Shown: positions 1 to 10,297 of the stretch, piece after piece
How positions within the stretch are numbered: position 1 is the first letter of the stretch
How the letters are laid out: each line of letters opens with the position of its first letter
Assembly (NCBI GenBank): GCA_963726255.1
Contig: CAVSBL010000002.1
Coordinates: forward strand, 1,408,001-1,472,000
Source of the DNA: Candidatus Bathyarchaeota archaeon
Lineage (GTDB): Archaea > Thermoproteota > Bathyarchaeia > 40CM-2-53-6
Length of the DNA stretch: 64,000 nucleotides
Reading direction: 5' to 3'
Program-made: the position numbers and the translations under genes
Notes under the pieces: generated by a model
Seen by the model: only the letters and a program-made list of their open reading frames with translations
The model's database searches: none
Told to the model about the DNA's origin: nothing

Positions 1-801
1 TCCGTCAACTTCTCTAATTGGAGTTATTTCAGCCGCAGTCCCGCAGAGGAACAGCTCGTCCGACGTGTACAACTCTTCCCGCGACATGTCAATGCGGCTA
101 CAATCGACATCAAGCTCACCCGCTAGTTGAATCACAGTATCACGAGTTATTCCCCGAAGTATACCTGCGGAAGCGGGCGGTGTTGAGAGCGCGCCTCGCT
201 TCACTCGAAAGATGTTCTCGCCCGTTCCCTCACACACCATTCCGTTCGCGTTTAGAAGGATGGCCTCATCATACCCCGCCTTTACTGCCTCAATCTTTGC
301 AAGGCCTGCGTTCGCGTAGTTCGCGGAGGATTTTGCTTGGGGAGGTAGCGTGAGCGGACTGATTCGTCGCCAAGATGAGACTAGGCAGCGGACCCCATTC
401 TTCAACGCATCTTTGCCCAGGTAGGCTCCCCAACGCCAAGCCGCAACTGCAAAGTCTACTTTGTTCGGTAACGGGTTAACTCCCATTTCCCCATAACCGT
501 AGTAAGCAATCGGCCTGATGTAACACTCGTCAAAGCCGTTAGCTTTGACAATGCTTCTGATTGCGGAAGCTATTTCATCTGGGCTGTATCGGAGGTCCAT
601 TAGGTATATCTTGGCGCTGTTCACGAGGCGCCAGACGTGATCGTACAGCCTAAAGATGGCTGGGCCTCGATCGGTTTTGTAGCATCTGAGGCCTTCGAAG
701 ACGGCTGTTGCATAATGCAAGGCGTGGGTTAGAACATGTATCTTGGCGTCGTCCCAGTCGACTAAGCTGCCGTTGAGCCAAATCTTACTGCCTTTATCCA
801 T
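1..801 (-). CDS. ilvE: Branched-chain amino acid aminotransferase (class IV), runs off window start
   Basis: Manual translation from ATG at 801: MDKGSKIWLNGSLVDWDDAKIHVLTHALHYATAVFEGLRCY...YIRP...QAKSSANY...GYDEAILL...EGTGENIF...ILRGITR...GTAAEITPIREVDG; absent from ORF track because it is partial. Confidence 0.93.
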   Translation of the reverse strand, partial: MDKGSKIWLNGSLVDWDDAKIHVLTHALHYATAVFEGLRCYKTDRGPAIFRLYDHVWRLVNSAKIYLMDLRYSPDEIASAIRSIVKANGFDECYIRPIAYYGYGEMGVNPLPNKVDFAVAAWRWGAYLGKDALKNGVRCLVSSWRRISPLTLPPQAKSSANYANAGLAKIEAVKAGYDEAILLNANGMVCEGTGENIFRVKRGALSTPPASAGILRGITRDTVIQLAGELDVDCSRIDMSREELYTSDELFLCGTAAEITPIREVDG

Positions 802-858
802 TCGTGAAGACCTCTGCCTCAAGCAACTGAGATTCAAACGAAAATTCTGGGCTGCGCG

Positions 859-1296
859 CTAGGTGATTTGGACGTGGTCGATTTGGTAGTAGCGTTTGGC
901 TAGCATGCGGGTCTTGTCTATTGTTCGGCCGTTCTTTCCTATGGCTAGGGCTTTGTCTTTGGGGTCCACTTCCACTACGACGATTTTGCGGTCGGGCCTT
1001 TCCGTTATTCGAACTTCCTTGATTTTCGCTGGCGACAGGCAGTTCCTAATGAGGCCTTCCGCCGTGTCGGAGAATTCAACTACTTCGATGGGCCGTCCGG
1101 TCATCTTGCGAAGGGCGTTAATGTTTTTGCCGCCCTTGCCGATCGCTAATCCCATCTCTCCGGGTTTGGCGAGGAAGATTATCCTATCGCCTTCTTCGTC
1201 GATTATGCAATCGTTTGCTGTGGCGCCCGTAATGTTTTCGAAGAGCGCGATAAGCCTCATCGTTTCGCCGGTGAGTTTTATTCCTGAGCTGGCCAT
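859..1296 (-). CDS. nusA: Archaeal NusA (KH-domain) transcription factor
   Basis: GLAIGKGGKNI and AIGKNGRTI KH motifs; follows rpl30e. Confidence 0.95.
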   Translation of the reverse strand: MASSGIKLTGETMRLIALFENITGATANDCIIDEEGDRIIFLAKPGEMGLAIGKGGKNINALRKMTGRPIEVVEFSDTAEGLIRNCLSPAKIKEVRITERPDRKIVVVEVDPKDKALAIGKNGRTIDKTRMLAKRYYQIDHVQIT

Positions 1297-1299
1297 GTC

Positions 1300-1614
1300 T
1301 TAGCTCTCTGCTAGTTTGAGTATCTCTGAATCGCCCGGTTCCTTAATCGCTAATACGGATACTACGAAGGGTTTCAAGCATGCTGACCCGAGGTCGACGC
1401 TGTTTCCTGGAAAATTGAAGATGGGCACCGACGATTGCTTGGCGTATTGGATAATGTCTGTCTTGTATTGGGCGGGGCAGTTAGAGGCTACGATTAGGAG
1501 CTTTGCCTTCGCGAACCTTGCAGCGTCGAGGGCTTCCCTGACGCCCAGTGCAACTTTGCCGGTTTTAACTGCGATCTGGATCTGTTTGTTCACGTCTACT
1601 TTTGTGCTCTGCAT
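1300..1614 (-). CDS. rpl30e: 50S ribosomal protein L30e
   Basis: AVKTGKVALG...LIVASNCP...GNSVDLGSACLKPF; conserved position after rpoA. Confidence 0.95.
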   Translation of the reverse strand: MQSTKVDVNKQIQIAVKTGKVALGVREALDAARFAKAKLLIVASNCPAQYKTDIIQYAKQSSVPIFNFPGNSVDLGSACLKPFVVSVLAIKEPGDSEILKLAES

Positions 1615-4600
1615 TACTTCTTTCCCTTCTCAGGCATGGACATGTAGACTTCGATGAGGCCTGTTCCCATAGGAACTTGTTGCCCGACGATGACGTTTTC
1701 CGCGACTCCACGTAATGTGTCCCGTGTTCCTTTGACTGCGGCATCTACGATGGTGGGTATTGTTATTTCAAATGCGGCTTTGGCTAGCGTGCTGGCTTTC
1801 TCTCCGCTCACGCCGTGCCTTCCGACTTGGAGTACCTCTCCGGACGCGGTCATAGCATCGGCTACGAGCATGACGTGGCGTATGTCTACGTCGAGGCCTT
1901 GCTCTTCCAGAACCGCGGTTGCCTCCTTTATGATTACGTTGCGGGCTGCTTCAATTCCAAGCACTTCGGCTACTTCGTGCATATTGTTCGAGATTGTTCT
2001 GGTTGTATCTACGCCTTCAGTTTCCAGTGTCAACTCGAGGTTTGAGCCCTCGGTTCTGATTACCCATTCGCTTTTCTCGCCAGTTTTCTCTTCCATGACT
2101 AGTGCACGTTTTACTTGTGGGATTCCCTTGACGTGCATCAGGGGCAGGCGCAACACGAGCCTGTTGAATTGTGGTATGTCCATGTCCTGCGGTGTGATGT
2201 GGACGGTGTTTCGTTCCACTTCTACCTTGCATCCGCCAGGGGTTACAGCTGCTTTTACGTCTTTGAGAACTACTTCTCTCTCCCTCATGGCTTCGGTGTT
2301 CAGTGTGACAACAATCCGCATTTTAGTGATATCTGATTCAATGATTGATGCAATGTCGCCCAAGGTGGTATGGGTGATTCTTGTGGCAACTTCCTGTGCC
2401 TTTTCCCGGCTCGTGCGCCGTTTCTTGTCAAGGTACACAATCATGCTAGGTGTGGATGGAATCTTCCGTGCGTCTACGATCTCGATTAGCCTGGGAAGGC
2501 CTAGCGTTACGTTCTGTTCCCTGACGCCTGCGAAGTGGAATGTTCTAAGCGTCATCTGGGTGCCGGGCTCACCTATTGATTGGGCCGAGACTATTCCGGC
2601 CGCTTCCCCAGGTTCGATCATTGATTTGCGGTAGTTCTTCACGGCTTCCTTTATCGCCGTGTCCACTCCCTTCCGGGTGAGTTTTACGCGGAGGAGGCTG
2701 TCTTTCAGTTGGTCGGCTAGGCTGGGGGTGAGGTCTTCCCTGACCTCTGCGACCCTCTTCTCAATGTAGGCCTTGCTCGCCTTTGCACCCTTCTCGATTG
2801 TGAGTTCGACCCGTTCCACCAATCGTTCGGTATTCACTGCCTTTCCGTGATCGCTTTTGGCGGTGTCGACTCCGTCTTCACCATACCTGAATTGTATGAT
2901 ATCGCCTCTTGAGTCGCGGACTGTGCCGTCGTATTCAACCCGAATGTGTTCGAGCGCATTGATGAGCCGGCGTTGCATGTAACCGCTCTGCTGCGTTCTA
3001 ACGGCCGTATCCACCAGTCCTTCTCTGCCGCCCATCGAATGGAAGAAGAATTCCACGGGGGTTAGGCCCTCTTGGTAGGAAGCGTAGACGAACCCTCGGG
3101 CTTCAGCGCCGACATCACCCCTCTCGAAGAAGGGGAGGGCTCGGTCTCTGTAGCCCCGCCTTATTCGTTGGCCGCGGATTGATTGTTGGCCAACGGTAGC
3201 AACCATCTGGGCGATGTTTAGCATTGAGCCGCGCGCTCCCGTCTTGGTCATTATAACTCCAGAATTGTCCGTCTCAGTCTTCAGGTATTGTTCAGCGAGT
3301 TCGCCCGCCTGGTCGCGGGCCTTTGAAAGTTCATCCATGATGCGGAGTTCAAGGGACTCTTCGACGGATCGACCTGGGAGCCGTTCAAGTGTCTTTCTCT
3401 TGTATTGGTCAATCAAGTCTTGTACATGTTCTTCGGCTTTCTTGACAGCCTTTGAGATTTTGTCTCTGACTCCGGCTGAAATGTCGAGTTCATCAATTCC
3501 GTACGTAAATCCTCGAAGGGTTATGAAACGGTCAAGGAGTTTTATCAAACCGTTCAGGAAGATACGGGCTGGTTCAGAGCCGCTGTCTTTCACTATGCGG
3601 TGGAAGAGGGTCTCGGAGCGTTCGGCACCGATTGTGTTCTTGTCTATGACCCCTTCAACGAGCGTCCCGTCTTTCACTACGACAGAGCTGCCGTCCTCTT
3701 TGGTTACCATGCTCGACTTGGCTACAAAGTCGAAACCTGCCGGGAGGAAGAGGCTGAAGATTTGCTTCCCGCTCCAAAGCTCCTCCGGCCGTTTTATCTC
3801 AGGGGGCGGCAGTTCTCCGCGGTATCCCGCCGCGGTTATGAGTTTGCCGACTTCTTCTTTGTTCAAGTAAGTTGACTTTCTCGTGAGTAGGTACGCTGCG
3901 GTGAGCAGGTCGGTCTTGGCTCCAATTATGGGGCCTCCGTATCGGGGTGAGAGAATTTGATCTTGGACTTGCATGAGTAATTTTGCTTCGGTTCTTGCTT
4001 CCTCCCCCTGTGGGACGTGGAGGTTCATTTCGTCGCCATCGAAGTCCGCGTTGTATGGTGGGCATACGCATGGGTTGAGCCTGAAGGTCTTGTATGGGAG
4101 CACTTTCACCGTGTGTGCCATTATCGACATTCGGTGGAGTGAGGGTTGCCGGTTGAACAGGACGATATCTCCATCCCTAATGTGGCGTTCCACGATGAAA
4201 CCCGGCTGAATTGCTTCAGCCAAGCTTTCACGTTCAGTGACGAATTCCAGCCTGACCCTTCGCCCGTCAGGCCTTACGATGTAGAGCGCGCCAGGGTATT
4301 GGTCTGGACCATTCCTGATGAGTTGTTTCAACTCGTCGATGTTCCAGGGTGTGACCCTTTCAGGGATGGTTAGGCGCTGGGCAACATCGAGCGGTACGCC
4401 GACTTCGTTAATGTCAATATTCGGGTCAGGTGAGATTACGGTCCTGGCTGAGAAATCAACTCGTTTTCCGGAAAGGTTTCCCCTGAACCTGCCCTCTTTG
4501 CCTTTGAGCCTCTGGCTGAGGGTCTTCAGCGCCCGGCCAGACCTATGGCGTGCGGGCGGCAGGCCGGAAACTTCGTTGTCAAAGTAGGTTGTGACGTGGT

Positions 4601-5426
4601 ACTGGAGTAGTTCATGGAGTTCTTGGATGATGTTAACGGGAACGCCTGACTCCAGAGCTTCTTTGAGTTTCTGGTTTATCCTGATAATGTCGACGAGCTT
4701 GTGCGTAAGGTCGTCCTCTGATCTGATTCCTGATTCGAGAGTGATGGATGGCCTTACCGTTACTGCTGGGACGGGTAGAACTTGGAGGATCATCCATTCG
4801 GGCCGTGCGGCGGTGGGTTCCATGCCTAGTAATCGGAGGTCTTCGTCCGGGATTCGTTCGAGTCGCTCCCGAATTTGGCTTGGGTTTAGCCTAGCTGCGC
4901 CGGCTTCCGCCATTTCATGGAAGGTGGTTGGTTTCGCGTGTTCAATTTGGTATTGGCGGGCTCCGCAGTGTGGGCATTCCTGGCTCTTCTTCGCATCCTT
5001 CATGACAGTGTCGTAGAATGTGGATGGGATCTCGTTGAGTTGCTTTTGCTGCCTCTGCATCATTTCATTGTATGCCTTGATCTTGTCGGCGGAGAGAAGT
5101 ATGCGGCCGCAGTTTCGGCATGTGACCTGAAGCAGTTTGTGGATAAGCTTCGCGAAGGCCACGTGGACGACTGGTTCTGCCAGTTCAATGTGCCCAAAGT
5201 GTCCAGGGCATGCGGATGCGGTGTTGCCGCAAGTCTTGCACTTCTGTCGTGGCTCTAGGGTGCCGAGGCGGCCGTCCATCAAGCCCGAAACAATTGGAAC
5301 GCCGTCTTCATCGTAAGTGTCGGCGGTTTGAATTTCAACCGCGGAAAGTTTGCGTATTTCACCTGGGGACGTGAGCGTAAAGTGGATACTGCCGATTACT
5401 TTGGTTGGTTCTTCAGCGACCGACAT
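1614..5426 (-). CDS. rpoA: RNA polymerase largest subunit, unsplit A'/A''
   Basis: NADFDGDEMN active site, CPGHFGHI, and A''-type SIGEPGTQMTLRTFH and ENVIVGQ in one ~1270 aa ORF; start taken at MSVAEE. Confidence 0.97.
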   Translation of the reverse strand: MSVAEEPTKVIGSIHFTLTSPGEIRKLSAVEIQTADTYDEDGVPIVSGLMDGRLGTLEPRQKCKTCGNTASACPGHFGHIELAEPVVHVAFAKLIHKLLQVTCRNCGRILLSADKIKAYNEMMQRQQKQLNEIPSTFYDTVMKDAKKSQECPHCGARQYQIEHAKPTTFHEMAEAGAARLNPSQIRERLERIPDEDLRLLGMEPTAARPEWMILQVLPVPAVTVRPSITLESGIRSEDDLTHKLVDIIRINQKLKEALESGVPVNIIQELHELLQYHVTTYFDNEVSGLPPARHRSGRALKTLSQRLKGKEGRFRGNLSGKRVDFSARTVISPDPNIDINEVGVPLDVAQRLTIPERVTPWNIDELKQLIRNGPDQYPGALYIVRPDGRRVRLEFVTERESLAEAIQPGFIVERHIRDGDIVLFNRQPSLHRMSIMAHTVKVLPYKTFRLNPCVCPPYNADFDGDEMNLHVPQGEEARTEAKLLMQVQDQILSPRYGGPIIGAKTDLLTAAYLLTRKSTYLNKEEVGKLITAAGYRGELPPPEIKRPEELWSGKQIFSLFLPAGFDFVAKSSMVTKEDGSSVVVKDGTLVEGVIDKNTIGAERSETLFHRIVKDSGSEPARIFLNGLIKLLDRFITLRGFTYGIDELDISAGVRDKISKAVKKAEEHVQDLIDQYKRKTLERLPGRSVEESLELRIMDELSKARDQAGELAEQYLKTETDNSGVIMTKTGARGSMLNIAQMVATVGQQSIRGQRIRRGYRDRALPFFERGDVGAEARGFVYASYQEGLTPVEFFFHSMGGREGLVDTAVRTQQSGYMQRRLINALEHIRVEYDGTVRDSRGDIIQFRYGEDGVDTAKSDHGKAVNTERLVERVELTIEKGAKASKAYIEKRVAEVREDLTPSLADQLKDSLLRVKLTRKGVDTAIKEAVKNYRKSMIEPGEAAGIVSAQSIGEPGTQMTLRTFHFAGVREQNVTLGLPRLIEIVDARKIPSTPSMIVYLDKKRRTSREKAQEVATRITHTTLGDIASIIESDITKMRIVVTLNTEAMREREVVLKDVKAAVTPGGCKVEVERNTVHITPQDMDIPQFNRLVLRLPLMHVKGIPQVKRALVMEEKTGEKSEWVIRTEGSNLELTLETEGVDTTRTISNNMHEVAEVLGIEAARNVIIKEATAVLEEQGLDVDIRHVMLVADAMTASGEVLQVGRHGVSGEKASTLAKAAFEITIPTIVDAAVKGTRDTLRGVAENVIVGQQVPMGTGLIEVYMSMPEKGKK

Positions 5427-5427
5427 T

Positions 5428-8400
5428 CTAAGCACGCTCCGATACTTCTAATCGCGGCGCCACGCCGAGGGCCATGAGTTCCTGCAGCAATAGTTTGAAG
5501 GCATAGGACAGTTGCACGGCGGAAATGACCGCCTTGTCGCCGTCGACTCTGCAAATGTACTTGTTTTGTTTCACGTCGTGGTAGGCTAACAGGCCGCATA
5601 CTTCGCAAACCATGGCCGTGTACTTGTCCGATTCTTCAAGGAGCCTGTCCCTCAATAGTGCCGACGCGCCGTGGCCGATTAAGCAATCTCGTTCCATCTC
5701 GCCGAACCTGAGGCCTCCGCCCCTCGCACGGCCTTCAGTCGGTTGACGTGTGAGCATCTGTACTTGTCCTCGCGCACGGGCATGCATTTTGTCGGCGACC
5801 ATGTGGTGTAATTTCTGGTAGTAGACGACTCCCATGAATATATCAGCGACGAGTTTCTTGCCGTCTACACCATTGTAGAGAACTTCCCTTCCGCTGTGTT
5901 GGAAACCTAACTCAAGAAGCGCATCACGTAGAGCCGCAGGCCCTTCATTACTGAACGCGGTTCCATCGACTGGCTCTCCCCGAAGGCTTGCAACCTTCCC
6001 TCCCACTGCCTCAACGAACTGGCCGATAGTCATGCGCGACGGAATCGCATGGGGGTTAATGATAACGTCAGGTACGATCCCCTGTTCGCTGAAAGGCATA
6101 TTCTCCTGCGGGATCAAAGTCCCGATAACGCCTTTCTGTCCATGCCTCGATGCAAACTTGTCTCCGAGTTCAGGAATTCGCGTGTCTCGAACGCGCGCCT
6201 TCACTAGGCGGTTGCCTTCTATCGACTCGCTAAGGAAAACGGCGTCCACTATGCCTTCTTCCGAGGGGCGCATGCCCACCGATGAATCACGTTTAGTTGG
6301 TCCTTTGACCTCGAATTCGCGGTATTCTTCGAGGAACCTGGGCGGACTTGTCCTTCCGATCAGCACGGAGTTTCCGGTGACCTCTGACTCTACCGAGATG
6401 ACCCCGTCTTCTTCTAAGAGCCTGTAGTACCTGTCACCCCTGTAGCCGCGAATTCCGGCCTCGGGCACTTCGAATTTATCACGAAGGCCCCCGAGATACT
6501 GCCTGCACTCTCCTTCATAGACTCGGTAGAATGTTGAACGGAAGAGCCCTCGGTCTACCGACGATTTGTTAATTATGATAGCGTCTTCCATGTTGTAGCC
6601 TTGGTAGCAGAGAAGTGCTACAACACAGTTCTGTCCCGCAGGCCTACTGTCGTACTTGATGATGTCCATGGGTTTCGTCCTGACCATGGGGACCTGTGGG
6701 TAGTGTAGGATGTGGCCTCGCGAATCAACGCGGTTTGCGTAATTAACGCAGAAAATTCCAAGCGCTTGTTTTGCCATAGCGGATTCATAGGCGTTGCGTG
6801 GTGACTGGTTGTGTTCGGGATAGGGGATTAGGGACGCGCAGATTCCCAGAATTGTGTACGGTGCAATTTCGACGTGCGTGGTCCTTTCATTCATTCGGTT
6901 TGGCGACGGGGCGATCAACGCATTTTCTTCCTCATCTGCGTCCAGGTACTCGATGACGCCTCGGTCCACGAGGTCCTCCCAACGCATCTCTCCGCGCTGT
7001 ACTGCTTCTACGTGCTCACGCGTTAGCCGTGGCTTTGAATTCTCCACAATGATTAGCGGCCTTCGTACCCTGCCTTGGTCGCAGTTAACGTAAAGCGCAT
7101 TTCGGCCTCCTTCAACTAGAGGCGGCGAGTAAGCTACATTTACTTCCGAACTTATCTCCGCACCCCTTCGCATTCGGATAAGCTCCGCCGCTAGCTTGTC
7201 TGCCTCGCTGGCGTATCCTGCAATCAGGCCGTCAACGAAAACCTTCGCGCCAGTTTCGCGGAGTTTGCTGTCGGCTTCGTCTACGGGGACTACGCCCATG
7301 CGTCGGAGTTTCGAAACGAATTCTCGCGAATCCACGCCAATAGATATGACCGCGCTGAGAGCGAGATTCTTTACAAGACCGCAGTTCGAGCCTTCAGGCG
7401 TCTCGCTGGGACAAAGCCTCCCCCAATGTGTGGGGTGGAGGTCTCTTGCTTCGAGGTTTGGTTGGCTCCTGCTTAAGGGCGACTGGAGCCTGCGAAGGTG
7501 GCTCAGGGTTGAAGCGTAATTTGTTCGGTCTAGGAGTTGCGTTACACCGACTCGGCCGCGAACCCAATTGCCGGTGGCAATCGCATGCTGTATTCGTTCT
7601 GTGATAATACCAGGGCGAATAGCATTACTGATTGAAAGTTCCGCATGCCTGCGGATTGTGATTCGTTCGAGTTGGTATTTCAGGTCTCGGATCAGGTTGC
7701 GGAAGGAAATTCGGAATAATTCGGCTAATAGGGACCCAGCGAGTTTCAACCGTTTATTCGCGTAATGGTCCTTGTCGTCAGGCCCCCTAATCCCAAGTTT
7801 GAGTTCGATTACCCGAACTCCCACTTCAGCAATGCACGCGGCTTTCTCTTTCCTGTCTTCAGGGCTCCGTCCAATATGTGGAAGGAAGTTTCTGTCAACG
7901 GAAGCCTCAGCCTTCTTTAAACGGTAATCTTCGACTTGGCCGGGAGCCAACCGGTTACCGATGTAGAGGAGGGCATCCCTCTGTGAAACGACGCCGACTG
8001 ATTTCTCAAAGGTTGTTGCAAGTTGGTTCTGAAGCGTCTCGTCGGTCGATATCATCTCAGCAATTCTCGAGTCCTCTTCGTAGCCGAGCGCCTTCATCAT
8101 CACAACGATTGGGATGTCCGATGGGACGCCGGGCATCGTTATGTACATGGCGCCGTCAGTTTTCAGAGTCACCTCTGTTCTAGCTCTGAAACCGACCGTT
8201 GTTGAGAAGATCTTAGCTTTGTAGGTGGGATGGACGCCTGTTTGCTCCTTGTCTACCAGAATCTTGTTTGCCGCCAAGTCTTCCAGTGCAACGACGACAC
8301 GTTCTGCACCGTTCACGATGAAGTAGCCACCGGGGTCAAGCGGATCTTCACCGATGCTGATCAGTTCCTCAGCGGACATTCGAGAGAGCGGGCAAATTTT

Positions 8401-8790
8401 CGAACGAAGCATTACGGGAAAATCGCCGATATAGACAATCTCGGTTTGACCCTCCCTCTCCCCGATCACAGGAGTCATCTCCAAGTGGAGGGGGGCGGCG
8501 TAAGTCAGGTTGCGAATTCTAGCCTCAGTTGGAAAGATCTGCCGTTCCGACCCGTCTACTTCAGTTACCCGCGGCGTTCCAATCTCAATTTTGCCGAGTT
8601 TGATTTTCAGCGGATAGTCTTCAATCTCAATTGGGATCTCTCCGGTTTCGTCGACAATGGCTTGCAGCCCAGTCTCTATGAACTCATTGTATGAGTCGAC
8701 GTGTTGCCTAACCAGCCCTTTCTCTTCCAGGAAATGTTTGATTAAATCCCAGATTTGAGGGCTAACAGTTCCAGCCGTAGTTACAGCCAC
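5428..8790 (-). CDS. rpoB: RNA polymerase subunit B (unsplit)
   Basis: ETPEGSNCGL, GDKFASRHGQKG, GGLRFGEMERD, C-terminal Zn site. Confidence 0.97.
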   Translation of the reverse strand: MAVTTAGTVSPQIWDLIKHFLEEKGLVRQHVDSYNEFIETGLQAIVDETGEIPIEIEDYPLKIKLGKIEIGTPRVTEVDGSERQIFPTEARIRNLTYAAPLHLEMTPVIGEREGQTEIVYIGDFPVMLRSKICPLSRMSAEELISIGEDPLDPGGYFIVNGAERVVVALEDLAANKILVDKEQTGVHPTYKAKIFSTTVGFRARTEVTLKTDGAMYITMPGVPSDIPIVVMMKALGYEEDSRIAEMISTDETLQNQLATTFEKSVGVVSQRDALLYIGNRLAPGQVEDYRLKKAEASVDRNFLPHIGRSPEDRKEKAACIAEVGVRVIELKLGIRGPDDKDHYANKRLKLAGSLLAELFRISFRNLIRDLKYQLERITIRRHAELSISNAIRPGIITERIQHAIATGNWVRGRVGVTQLLDRTNYASTLSHLRRLQSPLSRSQPNLEARDLHPTHWGRLCPSETPEGSNCGLVKNLALSAVISIGVDSREFVSKLRRMGVVPVDEADSKLRETGAKVFVDGLIAGYASEADKLAAELIRMRRGAEISSEVNVAYSPPLVEGGRNALYVNCDQGRVRRPLIIVENSKPRLTREHVEAVQRGEMRWEDLVDRGVIEYLDADEEENALIAPSPNRMNERTTHVEIAPYTILGICASLIPYPEHNQSPRNAYESAMAKQALGIFCVNYANRVDSRGHILHYPQVPMVRTKPMDIIKYDSRPAGQNCVVALLCYQGYNMEDAIIINKSSVDRGLFRSTFYRVYEGECRQYLGGLRDKFEVPEAGIRGYRGDRYYRLLEEDGVISVESEVTGNSVLIGRTSPPRFLEEYREFEVKGPTKRDSSVGMRPSEEGIVDAVFLSESIEGNRLVKARVRDTRIPELGDKFASRHGQKGVIGTLIPQENMPFSEQGIVPDVIINPHAIPSRMTIGQFVEAVGGKVASLRGEPVDGTAFSNEGPAALRDALLELGFQHSGREVLYNGVDGKKLVADIFMGVVYYQKLHHMVADKMHARARGQVQMLTRQPTEGRARGGGLRFGEMERDCLIGHGASALLRDRLLEESDKYTAMVCEVCGLLAYHDVKQNKYICRVDGDKAVISAVQLSYAFKLLLQELMALGVAPRLEVSERA

Positions 8791-8799
8791 AATTTCACC

Positions 8800-9066
8800 T
8801 TAACCATCAACAACATACCGATAAACGGTAACTTCGCCAGCGGTCGCGCTCTTGCGCGTTATACGCAAAATATCACCCATCTTTGCTCCCAAGGCCTCAG
8901 CGGTAGGATCGCTAGTTCTGACGTAAGGGAGCTGGTGTGGCCTGATATGGAACTCCCGCATCAGTTCTTCCGCTTCCTTCTTGGAAAGAAGCTCATGTTT
9001 CGGAACAAATTGATGGCCGAAGATGTTGTATGACCTCTCCTTTTCGCTATCCTTCAATCTAGGCAT
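8800..9066 (-). CDS. rpoH: RNA polymerase subunit H (Rpo5)
   Basis: HQFVPKHELL...QLPYVRTSDP...RKSATAG...YRYVV. Confidence 0.95.
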   Translation of the reverse strand: MPRLKDSEKERSYNIFGHQFVPKHELLSKKEAEELMREFHIRPHQLPYVRTSDPTAEALGAKMGDILRITRKSATAGEVTVYRYVVDG

Positions 9067-9338
9067 TTTCTCCCCCGAGAAAAGGTTCTTCCGGCCCTCG
9101 AACAGACCTTACCGAAACTTTCCACAGCACCACCGGGACCCAAGCTAATAAAGTTTAGTGCATTCTAAGCGCTCCGCTAAATGAACGCCCGCGGATTCCG
9201 AAGCAGAAATTTCGGAACAGACGAGTTTTCTGCTAACCGGCTCTATGTGAACTCTCATTAATTACGTTTGAGGCGCGCCCAAAACCGTTGACTCGGACGG
9301 TGAACCACAGGAGGAACATGAAAACTTCGTCGGCTGAT

Positions 9339-9785
9339 TTAGTCGTTCAACACGAGCAGATCGTCCAAGATAGGCGTTTTAGCCCAGTCCCTTGCCGCCT
9401 TCTTCTTGCCATAACCTATCAAGTTCCGGTTCTCTGAGGTCATCAGACTGCAGAAAAAGGCCTTGCCACCCTTCGGCTTGACTTCTTCGATTGCACACTC
9501 GCCGTCGCGCAAAAAAACACACGGAGAATCAGAAAAAGCCCATTCCGAATGAACAACTCGCCCCGCCTCATCGTCTTTCCTCGCGGGACAGACGTAATAT
9601 CGCCTCTGACCAGATTCCAAAACGTAGTCGAACACAAGGAAACGAGTAAGGAGCTCTCTTTCAGACAAGCCGAGGAACCGAGCAATCCTTGGCAAATCAT
9701 CCGGGGAAAGGGCACAGGGATGAGTCATACAGCACTTGCCGCATTTCACACAAGGCTTTAGCGTTGAAGGATTCTTCACTCTCAA
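9339..9785 (-). CDS. YkgJ-like cysteine-cluster (CxxCxxCC) protein
   Basis: CVKCGKCC...C and CVFL...CAIEEVKP pattern. Confidence 0.7.
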   Translation of the reverse strand: MRVKNPSTLKPCVKCGKCCMTHPCALSPDDLPRIARFLGLSERELLTRFLVFDYVLESGQRRYYVCPARKDDEAGRVVHSEWAFSDSPCVFLRDGECAIEEVKPKGGKAFFCSLMTSENRNLIGYGKKKAARDWAKTPILDDLLVLND

Positions 9786-9832
9786 TGGTTGCCGAGAAGC
9801 CCCTACAGAAGAAGAATTGCATTACCGGAGTC

Positions 9833-10264
9833 TTAAGATAACGCTTGTAGGGCCGTAAGTGCCTTTGCTCTGTCCTGTGAGTAGCGCGTGTATAGTCTGC
9901 TCACATTGGATATGAATTTGATTTTGTCTCCGGCTACTGTGTAGAATTCTTGCATTCTGCCTTCGAGTGTCTTTGCTGCAGACATTGCATCTGTCATGGC
10001 CGCGTTACCCGGTAACGTTAGGTCCATTTTGTATGTTTCCTCGAAAATACCTGAGACTGGTTCGAGTAGGGAGTGATCGACGCTTTCTCTCGCTGTCCTC
10101 TCTAACTCCTTCTTCCGTTTGTCGCTGTTCTCCGCGAATTTTGTGAAGAGTGGCTTGGCTTGGGCGAAGGTGCTACTTGTGGCCAAGCCGCGGTAGAATT
10201 GAGCGGTTTGATCTTCGAGTTGCAGCGTAAACCTGAGAACCATGGTGAAGGTGGTGAGCTCCAT
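9833..10264 (-). CDS. Ferritin-like/rubrerythrin-like four-helix protein
   Basis: Two LE..T/MxxFY helical repeats; the diiron His ligands appear to be lost. Confidence 0.6.
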   Translation of the reverse strand: MELTTFTMVLRFTLQLEDQTAQFYRGLATSSTFAQAKPLFTKFAENSDKRKKELERTARESVDHSLLEPVSGIFEETYKMDLTLPGNAAMTDAMSAAKTLEGRMQEFYTVAGDKIKFISNVSRLYTRYSQDRAKALTALQALS

Positions 10265-10297
10265 ACTTTGAGTCCCTCTCACACACCTTGCATGGCA

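Noticed and set aside
1654-8694. Long plus-strand ORFs (e.g. 1654..2634, 3214..3870)
   Set aside because: Antisense shadows of rpoA and rpoB with no recognisable motifs.
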